A DNA stretch of 36,893 bases, taken from IMG/VR virus record IMGVR_UViG_3300045988_007631. One strand, given 5' to 3'. Below, piece after piece: positions 1-6,175 of the stretch. Numbering within the stretch: position 1 is the first letter of the stretch; each line of letters begins with the position of its first letter. Below the pieces are notes generated by a model. It saw only the letters and a list, made by a program, of their open reading frames with translations. It was not told the DNA's origin and did not search any database. The translations under genes and the position numbers were made by a program. The stretch is from a virus.

Positions 1-119
1 CATATTGCGAAATAAAAATGCGAGAATGAGGATTGAACACAATTTAAACACAGAAATCAAATTTAACATTGAAATTCAGTGTGTTTAAAAGGGTTCGAAT
101 CCCTCCCACTCCGCCAAAA
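1..119 (+). repeat. Terminal direct repeat, copy 1 (identical to 36775-36893)
   Basis: Read base by base as identical to the last 119 nt. Begins within the final codons (..HIAK stop) of CDS 36322..36789. Confidence 0.9.
91..116 (+). other. attP core: 3-prime fragment of a tRNA gene (not a complete tRNA)
   Basis: GGGTTCGAATCCCTCCCACTCCGCCA = T-loop, T-stem 3-prime strand, 7-nt acceptor strand CCACTCC, discriminator G, CCA. Upstream sequence is AT-rich and not tRNA-like. Implied acceptor GGAGTGG plus G73 would suit a tRNA-Ser-like target, but identity cannot be fixed from the fragment. Confidence 0.75.
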
Positions 120-122
120 AGG

Positions 123-159
123 GAAGCGCAGGAAAATGAATTCCTGCGCTTCTTTTTTA
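123..159 (+). terminator. Intrinsic terminator directly after the tRNA fragment
   Basis: GAAGCGCAGGA (123-133) pairs with TCCTGCGCTTC (142-152), an 11-bp stem, followed by TTTTTT (153-158). Confidence 0.8.
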
Positions 160-233
160 TTTATTGAACGTGGAAATGCGGGGGATGCAGAACAAAACGG
201 GGGAAATGAAAACGAATGCTGAGAAAATGGACT

Positions 234-251
234 TAGCATATCCTAGCATAT
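234..251. repeat. Tandem TAGCATAT x2, candidate integrase/Xis arm-type sites
   Basis: TAGCATAT at 234-241 and 244-251 (10-nt phasing). AGCATATT recurs at 36773-36780 on the other side of the core. Confidence 0.4.
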
Positions 252-308
252 TTAAGCGGGAAAATACATGGGTATGAACACAGTGACCGACACAGTAAAA
301 AGGTGCAA

Positions 309-1331
309 TTAAAATGCCGCGTCCATCTGGGCGGCGACCTTATCAATGCTGGTGTCGAGGATGTCGGTATAGATATCCATAGTGGTGGAGAGTTGGGCGT
401 GGCCGAGAAGCTGCTGGGCGGTTTTGTAGTCGACGCCTGCTTCATGCAGGGCGGTCGCGTAGCCGTGGCGGATCTCGTGCGGGGAGACGGTGACACCGGT
501 GCGCTTCTGGTACTGCGCGTAGTTACGGGATATGATCCAGTCGGGCGAAGGAGACTTGCCGCCGTCGGGGGAGAAGATAAAACCGTGTTTTTTATCCGGG
601 AGGACGGCAGCCAGAGCGGGCAGAAGCGGAACGGAACGGATACCGGCGGCGGTCTTCGGCTCTTTGATCTCCGGCTTGGTGCTGACGTTGTAGACGCTGC
701 GCCTGATGCTGATGCGGTTTTTCACGCGGTCGATATCCTCATACATCAGCCCTTCTGCCTCGCCGCGTCGGCAGCCGGTATAATAGATCAGGAAAGCGAA
801 AAGGCCGAATTCGTCATTTACGTTAGCCTTGATCTTTTGAATCTGGTCGGTGGGCGGCGCGTGCCGCTTCTTCTGTGAGAGGTTCTTCGGGAGCAGGACG
901 GATTCGGCGGGATTGAAGGCAATGTACCCTTCGCGCTGGGCCTTATTCAGAATCTGCCGGATGATCTGCCGCTGGGTGATGACGGTCTTCTTCGCGTGTG
1001 TTTTGGAAAATTGATTGATGTACGTTTCGATCTCCTTGGCCGTGATCGTGGAGACGTCCTCTGGGCCGAACTGCTCGACGGCGCGGTCGTATGCGGGACT
1101 ATAGCCCTTGTGCGTATTTGCGGCAAGCGTTGGCTCGATCTCGTTCCACCAGGCGTGGGCGACGTCGAAGAACGGGACGGTCTTTGGCTTCTCGGCTTCA
1201 GCGCGGTATGCCTTGATCTTGTTCCAGACCTCTCGGTCTGTCTTGCCGCGAAACGCTTTGCGCTTGCCGTTGACTGTGATGATGGATTCATGCAGGCCGT
1301 CCGGCCTGACGTAGTATTTGGGAATTGGCAT
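309..1331 (-). CDS. int: Tyrosine recombinase / phage integrase
   Basis: 340 aa from ATG 1331 (GGAGG about 8 nt upstream; the track ORF extension to 1436 has no RBS). Catalytic boxes YYTGCRRGEA, HEIRHGYATAL and LLGHAQLSTTMDIYTD (R..HxxR..H..Y). Confidence 0.9.
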   Translation of the reverse strand: MPIPKYYVRPDGLHESIITVNGKRKAFRGKTDREVWNKIKAYRAEAEKPKTVPFFDVAHAWWNEIEPTLAANTHKGYSPAYDRAVEQFGPEDVSTITAKEIETYINQFSKTHAKKTVITQRQIIRQILNKAQREGYIAFNPAESVLLPKNLSQKKRHAPPTDQIQKIKANVNDEFGLFAFLIYYTGCRRGEAEGLMYEDIDRVKNRISIRRSVYNVSTKPEIKEPKTAAGIRSVPLLPALAAVLPDKKHGFIFSPDGGKSPSPDWIISRNYAQYQKRTGVTVSPHEIRHGYATALHEAGVDYKTAQQLLGHAQLSTTMDIYTDILDTSIDKVAAQMDAAF

Positions 1332-1383
1332 CGTAAAACCTCCAAGAATACCGCTCCGGCTGATCGGGCCGGGGCGGTAATTT

Positions 1384-1812
1384 TCATGTGCGAATCCAGC
1401 CGATCGATGGGATGAGCACGTCGGCCACAAGCGCAAGGGCGCACAGCAAAAGAATACCCAAGAGGATGAGCGTCACAAGCCGGTGCATGCGCAGGGATTT
1501 CTGCTGCTGGGCAAGCTGCGCACGAAGCGCTGCGGTCTCGGCACGGAGTTTTTCGGCATCGGCAGGCTCGGCAGGCTCGGCAGGATCGGCAGGATCGTCA
1601 TGCGGGATGCCGAAATAATCGTCCATGGAGACACCCATCTCCCGGCAGATCGGGCCGACCGTGTAAACAGACGGATTTTTGATGTCGCCGCGAAAGAACT
1701 GGGAGACGGTGCCGACGGAAAGGTCGGTATTTTCGGCGACGTCCTGATTTGTTTTGTGCGGAGTGATCGTCTGCTTCTGCTCACGGCATAAATCAGATAA
1801 TTTTTCCTTCAA
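1384..1812 (-). CDS. Membrane-tethered XRE-family HTH protein
   Basis: 142 aa, TTG start. HTH NQDVAENTDLSVGTVSQFFRG, acidic Pro/Ala repeat linker (DPADPAEPAEPAD), coiled segment, C-terminal hydrophobic helix LVTLILLGILLLCALALVADVLI. Confidence 0.7.
   Translation of the reverse strand: MKEKLSDLCREQKQTITPHKTNQDVAENTDLSVGTVSQFFRGDIKNPSVYTVGPICREMGVSMDDYFGIPHDDPADPAEPAEPADAEKLRAETAALRAQLAQQQKSLRMHRLVTLILLGILLLCALALVADVLIPSIGWIRT
1561..1596. repeat. 9-bp x4 tandem repeat inside CDS 1384..1812
   Basis: GGCAGGCTC x2 then GGCAGGATC x2. Encodes the PAEPAEPADPAD-type linker on the minus strand. Confidence 0.8.
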
Positions 1813-1930
1813 AACATATCATTCCCCCCAAAAAAGCAAGACGTCTGACTGCAAAAAGCAACTGTCATATCTTTACAAGTCTACCGTGGACAGGCTACAC
1901 TAAAGTTACAGACGGCTCCCGGTCGCCTGC

Positions 1931-1972
1931 GCAAGCAAAAGCCCGCGCCGTTGTTCGGCCAGCGGCGCGGGC
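1931..1972 (-). terminator. Intrinsic terminator after the 2999->1978 gene pair
   Basis: On the minus strand GCCCGCGCCG / CGGCGCGGGC form a 10-bp stem (plus 1963-1972 / 1941-1950), followed by TTTTGCTTGC. Confidence 0.7.
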
Positions 1973-1977
1973 GAACC

Positions 1978-2469
1978 TCAAAAACCGAGCGCGTACATCA
2001 GGCTCGGAATGACACGCAGGATCAAGAAGCAGCCGGTACACAGCGCAAGCGCAACAACGATCACGATCTTTCGCACCTTGCGCGGCCCGGCGACGGCCTC
2101 CTCGTATTCCTCGGGCGTTAAACCATCCGTATACTCGTCATAGAGCGGGTGGCCTGCATCATCTGGAAATTTGTTATCATAGATTCGGCAAAAATCAACC
2201 AGCGTGCCAATGCCACAAAAGCCGAGCGTAAAGAGCCAAAGAAGCCCAGTCCAGATCTTGCCGACATAAAACCGGTGCGCGCCGAAACCGCCGAGGAAGA
2301 TGCAGAGCAGCAAGGCAGTCGAGCGTTTCTTCCGCGCCGGTGCGGCCTGCACCTGCACGCGGGCCTCCGCCTTTGCCTGATCGCGGATATAATTCACGGT
2401 GCCGCAGCCGCAGTGCGGGCATATCAAAGCCTCGTCGTCGATCTCTTTGCCGCATTTGTTACAGTACAT
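1978..2469 (-). CDS. Zinc-ribbon + TM2-like domain membrane protein
   Basis: 163 aa from ATG 2469 (AGGAGGG upstream). CNKCG..CPHCG ribbon; GGFGAHRFYVGK..GLLWLFTLGFCGIGTLVDF resembles the TM2 domain; extra C-terminal TM helix. Confidence 0.7.
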   Translation of the reverse strand: MYCNKCGKEIDDEALICPHCGCGTVNYIRDQAKAEARVQVQAAPARKKRSTALLLCIFLGGFGAHRFYVGKIWTGLLWLFTLGFCGIGTLVDFCRIYDNKFPDDAGHPLYDEYTDGLTPEEYEEAVAGPRKVRKIVIVVALALCTGCFLILRVIPSLMYALGF

Positions 2470-2477
2470 AAACCCTC

Positions 2478-2999
2478 CTACGGATTGCAATCCTTACACG
2501 GCGTATACAGAGCCGCAGCCTCGGCACGGGTGCCGGTGTAGCTGCTGCGGTTTGCATAGTCCATCTGGCGGACGTGGTAGCAGTTTGCAAGATGGAAATA
2601 GCCGCTGGATGTATTTACGATAAACGTCTGCACATTTTCACTCGTCGAGGCGGAGATCTGCGGAGCCTCGGCGGGAAGCGTGCCGGGGATATAGGATACA
2701 AATTTACCGATGATCGGTTCCAGCGGCTCCACATCGAGCGGGTCGCCGCCGATGCTGGCATAATACTCTGCCTGCGCTTCGGCCTGCTCCGCGTCCGTAT
2801 ATTCTCCGCTGCCGGAAAACGCCGGGTCTGCGGCAGGAAGCACAGCGGCATCCGCAGCCGCGCGGAGCTCTGCGGGAGAAGCCCTGTAAGAGCGGGCAGC
2901 GGAAACAACCTCCGCAAGATTCAAAAGCCCAATCCATCCGGCAACGGCCAGTACGCAGCAGACCAGCACAAGCAAAACCTTGCGCCATGCTTGCCTCAT
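2478..2999 (-). CDS. Signal-anchored protein with C-terminal Cys/His motif (Ada-like or sunset-type tail), function unknown
   Basis: 173 aa, GGAGG before ATG 2999. N-terminal VLLVLVCCVLAVAGWIGLL; C-terminal YFHLANCYHV...YTPCKDCNP. Confidence 0.65.
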   Translation of the reverse strand: MRQAWRKVLLVLVCCVLAVAGWIGLLNLAEVVSAARSYRASPAELRAAADAAVLPAADPAFSGSGEYTDAEQAEAQAEYYASIGGDPLDVEPLEPIIGKFVSYIPGTLPAEAPQISASTSENVQTFIVNTSSGYFHLANCYHVRQMDYANRSSYTGTRAEAAALYTPCKDCNP

Positions 3000-3015
3000 G
3001 GCAAAACCTCCAATT

Positions 3016-3046
3016 ATTATAAGATAATTTTATAAAATCTTATAAT
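3016..3046. promoter_or_regulatory. Perfect 10-bp inverted repeat in the AT-rich leader of the leftward membrane cassette (candidate operator)
   Basis: ATTATAAGAT (3016-3025) and ATCTTATAAT (3037-3046) separated by 11 nt, 17-47 nt upstream of ATG 2999. Confidence 0.35.
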
Positions 3047-3189
3047 TGTAATTATAGAACGGATGTTCTATGATAATCGTGCGATGAAAAGGAACATCTT
3101 ATCTAAATTGTAAATCAAATGGAAGCAAACCTCAACGGCAATAATAAACAAAAAATAGAAGAGATTTTTGTGGAAGAATGGAGGCACTT

Positions 3190-3300
3190 ATGGAAATGGA
3201 ACGGAATTTGCTGCTGAAAGAGATCAAACGCCTGCTGCGGCTGGCCACAGATGCGGATCTGGATCTGATCTGGAGATTCGTGCGGAAGTTGGTCACATAG
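3190..3300 (+). CDS. Possible 36-aa micro-ORF convergent with the repressor gene
   Basis: Not in the ORF track (too short). GGAGG 5 nt before ATG 3190. MEMERNLLLKEIKRLLRLATDADLDLIWRFVRKLVT (amphipathic helix). Followed by a terminator. Confidence 0.3.
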   Translation: MEMERNLLLKEIKRLLRLATDADLDLIWRFVRKLVT

Positions 3301-3318
3301 GCGCGGGAATAAAAAATA

Positions 3319-3356
3319 GGCCGGGGACGGTTATTCGTCCTCGGCCCATTTTTTTG
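3319..3356. terminator. Bidirectional terminator shared by the micro-ORF (+) and the repressor gene (-)
   Basis: GGCCGGGGAC (3319-3328) pairs with GTCCTCGGCC (3337-3346; one G-U). T-run 3349-3355 on plus, A-run 3311-3316 giving a U-run on minus. The 3-prime arm lies inside the last repressor codons. Confidence 0.65.
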
Positions 3357-3696
3357 CGATATCCTCGAGCAACTGCCATTCTTCAACATCAAGTTTGCTG
3401 ACGATGGAGATAAACCGCTTGCGCGGCGCGTCATCCGGGTCGCGCATGATGGAAGCCATAAACTCCGCAATCTCCTGATTCCGTGTCAGCTTCTGCTTCA
3501 TCTCGCCTTCGCCGGTGCGGAGCCAGTCTTCACTCACGCCGTATTCCCGGCAGATAGCAAGGATCATGGAGTTGTTCGGCGTTCGGACGCCGCTTTCGTA
3601 GCTGGTAATAGTGTTTGCCTGCACACCGATTCGCTCGCCGAAGTCTTTTTGCGTAAGTCCAAGCGACTTGCGGAGTGCCTTAATACGATCTTGCAT
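3331..3696 (-). CDS. cI-like XRE-family repressor (no S24 peptidase domain visible)
   Basis: 121 aa. HTH LGLTQKDFGERIGVQANTITSYESGVRTP. AAGGAGG upstream of ATG 3696. Divergent from the early operon. Confidence 0.8.
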   Translation of the reverse strand: MQDRIKALRKSLGLTQKDFGERIGVQANTITSYESGVRTPNNSMILAICREYGVSEDWLRTGEGEMKQKLTRNQEIAEFMASIMRDPDDAPRKRFISIVSKLDVEEWQLLEDIAKKWAEDE

Positions 3697-3720
3697 AGTT
3701 TGTTACCTCCTTGTGACTAT

Positions 3721-3749
3721 ATAATATCGCAGCAATATCGCGTTGTCAA
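3721..3749 (-). promoter_or_regulatory. Leftward sigma-70-type promoter for the repressor
   Basis: On minus: TTGACA (plus 3744-3749), 17-nt spacer, TATTAT (plus 3721-3726). Confidence 0.6.
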
Positions 3750-3791
3750 TATTTTTTGCAAAAACGGGCTTGACAAATATCGCATTGCGAT
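3723..3791. promoter_or_regulatory. Candidate operators of the genetic switch
   Basis: AATATCGC at 3723-3730, 3734-3741 and 3776-3783. The third sits in the perfect palindrome ATCGCA-T-TGCGAT (3779-3791), inside the rightward promoter spacer. Confidence 0.5.
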
Positions 3792-3798
3792 GTAATAT
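3770..3798 (+). promoter_or_regulatory. Rightward early promoter
   Basis: TTGACA 3770-3775, 17-nt spacer, TAATAT 3793-3798 (TATAAT also at 3796-3801). Confidence 0.65.
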
Positions 3799-3842
3799 AA
3801 TCACACCGAGAGCAATTTGCAACACATCGAGAGGTGAGAACA

Positions 3843-3989
3843 ATGTCTGAAAAGGAAAAACAGGTCAACGAGAGTTTGACCAAGATCGCAGACAAGCTGA
3901 ACGCGAAAGAGATGCAGCGCCTGAGCGATATCGCCTATGGCATGATGCTGGCGAAGGAATCCAAGCAGGAGGAACGGAAGGAGGCGTGA
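3843..3989 (+). CDS. First early gene, 48-aa hypothetical protein
   Basis: Not in the ORF track. GAGAGGTGAG before ATG 3843. MSEKEKQVNESLTKIADKLNAKEMQRLSDIAYGMMLAKESKQEERKEA. Confidence 0.5.
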   Translation: MSEKEKQVNESLTKIADKLNAKEMQRLSDIAYGMMLAKESKQEERKEA

Positions 3990-3993
3990 GGGG

Positions 3994-4206
3994 ATGCCGA
4001 GAGAGCTGGAAGGATACCGGCCGCAGCTGGAACTGCTGACGGATATGTTTCCGGGCCGGGCGGCGATCGGGATCACGGAATGCCAGGCGGCGCTGGGGAT
4101 CGACCGGCGGACGCTGCTGGCCGACCGGCGGTTCCCGGCCCGGCACATCGGGAACAAGTACACGGTGTCGCTCACGGAGCTGGCACGGTGGATGGTACAG
4201 AGATAG
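3994..4206 (+). CDS. Excisionase/MerR-type HTH DNA-binding protein (Xis or Cro-like role)
   Basis: 70 aa. ITECQAALGIDRRTLL..FPARHIGNKYTVSLTELARWM matches the excisionase-family HTH pattern. GGAAGGAGG upstream. Confidence 0.65.
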   Translation: MPRELEGYRPQLELLTDMFPGRAAIGITECQAALGIDRRTLLADRRFPARHIGNKYTVSLTELARWMVQR

Positions 4207-4219
4207 GAGGCGTGAGACC

Positions 4220-4393
4220 ATGATCGCCGTTTTGTGGAAACGGGGGCCGGACGGGAGATTTCTCCCGGGCCAGACTTTTGAATACAAGCGTCCCGGCGAA
4301 GAAAACGGCGAGCCAGTAATCGACGCATTTGCCCGCTGGGCAGCGGAACGATACCGCCGGGAACAGGAACAGAAGGAGGCGAAGAAGACGTGA
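4220..4393 (+). CDS. Hypothetical 57-aa protein
   Basis: Not in the ORF track. TAGGAGG before ATG 4220. Stop overlaps the next GTG start (GTGA). Confidence 0.5.
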   Translation: MIAVLWKRGPDGRFLPGQTFEYKRPGEENGEPVIDAFARWAAERYRREQEQKEAKKT

Positions 4394-4584
4394 TAGAGCT
4401 GATCGTAGAGGATTATTGCCAAAACTGCCCGCTGTTTGAAGCGACGGTGAAAAAACTGACGGCATACGGGAGCACATGCGAGAGGCACGCTGAGGGCTTC
4501 GCGGATACAGAGATCAGATGTGAGCACGCAGAGCGCTGCGCAGCCATCGCGGGGCGACTCAGAAAGGAGCTTGGGAATGGATGA
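4390..4584 (+). CDS. Hypothetical Cys-rich protein
   Basis: 64 aa, GTG start after AAGGAGG. YCQNCP..C..C..C pattern. Confidence 0.6.
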   Translation: MIELIVEDYCQNCPLFEATVKKLTAYGSTCERHAEGFADTEIRCEHAERCAAIAGRLRKELGNG

Positions 4585-4810
4585 TTTCCTCAAGTTTTTT
4601 GCCGAGAAGGTGAAGACCTACCCGATGCACCTTGAAATCACCTATAGCAAGGTGACGGACTGGGGTGTCCGGGTGTGGCGGAGGGGAACCGCCTACGACG
4701 GGGACGACGAAGAACTCGTCAACGTCCAGGACTGCGACGCGGAGCTGTGCTTCGCAACCGCGCAGGTGCAGCTGAAAAACTGGCTGCTGGAACACGAAGG
4801 AGGCTATTAA
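4577..4810 (+). CDS. Hypothetical protein
   Basis: 77 aa from ATG 4577 (AAAGGAG upstream). The track ORF start 4520 has no RBS. Confidence 0.65.
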   Translation: MDDFLKFFAEKVKTYPMHLEITYSKVTDWGVRVWRRGTAYDGDDEELVNVQDCDAELCFATAQVQLKNWLLEHEGGY

Positions 4811-4812
4811 CC

Positions 4813-5034
4813 ATGGCAAATGCCCGTACATACACCCTGACGCTGGATGCGCAGGAGCTGCACGATCTGATCGAGGCGGCGCTGGTGTGTGAGTGCCAGG
4901 CGGCGCAGATCATCGGCGGGCTCAAGCGCAAGGGGCTTGACATGGACGCGCAGAAGCTCGTTACACAAAACGCCCGTCTGGCGCGGCTCGTCAGGCGGAT
5001 GCAGGAGACGAAGGAGGATAAGCGGAGTGGTTAA
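4813..5034 (+). CDS. Hypothetical helical protein, array member A
   Basis: 73 aa from ATG 4813 (GAAGGAGG upstream). Ends ..RRMQETKEDKRSG. Confidence 0.65.
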   Translation: MANARTYTLTLDAQELHDLIEAALVCECQAAQIIGGLKRKGLDMDAQKLVTQNARLARLVRRMQETKEDKRSG

Positions 5035-5311
5035 GCTGATGCTTACAACTGAGCAATGGGTAAACTTGAAATTTGTGGTGGAAATGGCGTCGATCAGAGC
5101 CAACCTTGCGGCGACCGAGCATGAAAGACGCGCTGCAACGGCAACCGGAGAAAGAAGGCCGCCTGCTGTATATCTCGCGGAAAGCTACAGAAAAGAGGCC
5201 GAAATGTGTGAACGCATGGAGGCGCTGGTAAAATCGGCGGAATTTGTGCCGGAGACGAAGGAGGATAAGCGGAATGCGGAAACTGATTCTCAGCGGAGAC
5301 GATTGGTTTGA
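5027..5311 (+). CDS. Hypothetical helical protein, array member B
   Basis: GTG 5027 sits at the position of ATG 5274 in the repeated junction GGAGACGAAGGAGGATAAGCGGA. ATG 5039 is an alternative start. Confidence 0.55.
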   Translation: MVKLMLTTEQWVNLKFVVEMASIRANLAATEHERRAATATGERRPPAVYLAESYRKEAEMCERMEALVKSAEFVPETKEDKRNAETDSQRRRLV

Positions 5312-5525
5312 GCTGAAGCACACGCTGGAGCTGCTTGTGATCGTGGCAAACAACGCGGCGAATGAGCACGAGAACATGGCTGCACACGCGCAAGTGGCGG
5401 AATTGTCTGAACGGCATGCAAACCTCGCAAAACGCGACAGGGAAAGGACGGAAAACTACAAGCGGCTTATGGCGCTGGTAGAATCGGCAGAACGTCTGCC
5501 GGAGACGAAGGAGGACGCAGAATGA
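5274..5525 (+). CDS. Hypothetical helical protein, array member C (paralog of B)
   Basis: 83 aa. 17 of the first 37 residues identical to B; shared C-terminal ALV.SAE..PETKED. Confidence 0.65.
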   Translation: MRKLILSGDDWFELKHTLELLVIVANNAANEHENMAAHAQVAELSERHANLAKRDRERTENYKRLMALVESAERLPETKEDAE

Positions 5526-5770
5526 GAACCAATCTTGCAGAGCGGCTCGGGGTCGAGCCGGAGGAAGTGACGGAGGAACGGCAGCGGCGGATCTGGGAGG
5601 CTTACCAGACGCGCAAGGCCATGCGGCGGCTGGCCCGGCTGGGGTGCGTGTGGATCTCGGGCGTGGGCTTCGCGCTGTGCATCATTGCGGGCTGCGCCCA
5701 CGCGGCGGAGATCGCCGCCGTCCTCGGCGGCGTGTCGCTGACGACGTTTTTCACAGGGGTGTGCCTGTGA
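5522..5770 (+). CDS. Small membrane protein (two hydrophobic helices)
   Basis: 82 aa. ATGA overlap with the previous stop. CVWISGVGFALCIIAGC and IAAVLGGVSLTTFFTGV. Confidence 0.65.
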   Translation: MRTNLAERLGVEPEEVTEERQRRIWEAYQTRKAMRRLARLGCVWISGVGFALCIIAGCAHAAEIAAVLGGVSLTTFFTGVCL

Positions 5771-5789
5771 TGGAGGTGGAGAACGTGTT

Positions 5790-5847
5790 AAAAATAAAAA
5801 AATTCCCACCAGCGCAAACGGCATGGGACGCCGTTTGCACCAGTGGG
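5790..5847 (-). terminator. Intrinsic terminator for the antisense gene 5858..6109
   Basis: GCAAACGGC (5814-5822) pairs with GCCGTTTGC (5830-5838), plus outer CCCAC/GTGGG (5805-5809 / 5843-5847). The A-tract 5790-5802 gives a U-run on the minus strand. Confidence 0.65.
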
Positions 5848-5857
5848 CGGTGGAACT

Positions 5858-6109
5858 TCAAAGCTGCTCCTCGTACTTGCGAAGCAGGTCAGGCGCTGCT
5901 TGCTTCAGCGCGGCGCGAACTTTCCGGTAGACGCGCTCGCAGTAAGTGTACTGGAAAACAAGCTCTGAGCGGGCCTCGGGTGACATTTTTACGGTATCTG
6001 GCATGGCTTCCCGGCGGCGGGCAAAATCATCCTCGATGTGCATGTAGAGATAAAGCAACTCATTACAGTCAAAGCGGATCTCTTTGTAGCTGACCTCTCT
6101 GGAACTCAA
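5858..6109 (-). CDS. Hypothetical protein encoded opposite to the early operon
   Basis: 83 aa, TTG start with GGAGGTG 7 nt upstream. Own terminator. Possible weak promoter TTGCTC-17-TATTCT on minus within 6110-6175. Confidence 0.6.
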   Translation of the reverse strand: MSSREVSYKEIRFDCNELLYLYMHIEDDFARRREAMPDTVKMSPEARSELVFQYTYCERVYRKVRAALKQAAPDLLRKYEEQL

Positions 6110-6175
6110 TGTTAATCACCTCCTGAGATGAGAATAGCACGAAAAAAATCTTAGAGCAAGGAGAAATTGAAGAAA

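Larger units (their letters stand above)
4813..5525 (+). repeat. Diverged tandem array of three ~250-bp gene units
   Basis: Junction GGAGACGAAGGAGGATAAGCGGA at 5004-5026 and 5251-5273, shortened to GGAGACGAAGGAGGA at 5501-5515. Spacing 247 and 250 nt. Confidence 0.7.

Noticed and set aside
91-116. tmRNA (ssrA) 3-prime end as the integration target
   Set aside because: The discriminator is G rather than the A usual for tmRNA. The implied 5-prime acceptor GGAGTGG is not the GGGG-type start. The AT-rich upstream sequence does not resemble tmRNA pseudoknot regions.
1-119. 119-nt end repeats as attL/attR of an integrated prophage
   Set aside because: The repeat includes the 3-prime end of a phage CDS, and both copies lack the 5-prime two-thirds of the tRNA. 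Nothing host-like is present. The pattern fits a circular or terminally redundant genome.
303-878. 191-aa plus-strand ORF at the left end
   Set aside because: It is antisense to the integrase catalytic domain, and has no RBS and no recognisable motifs.
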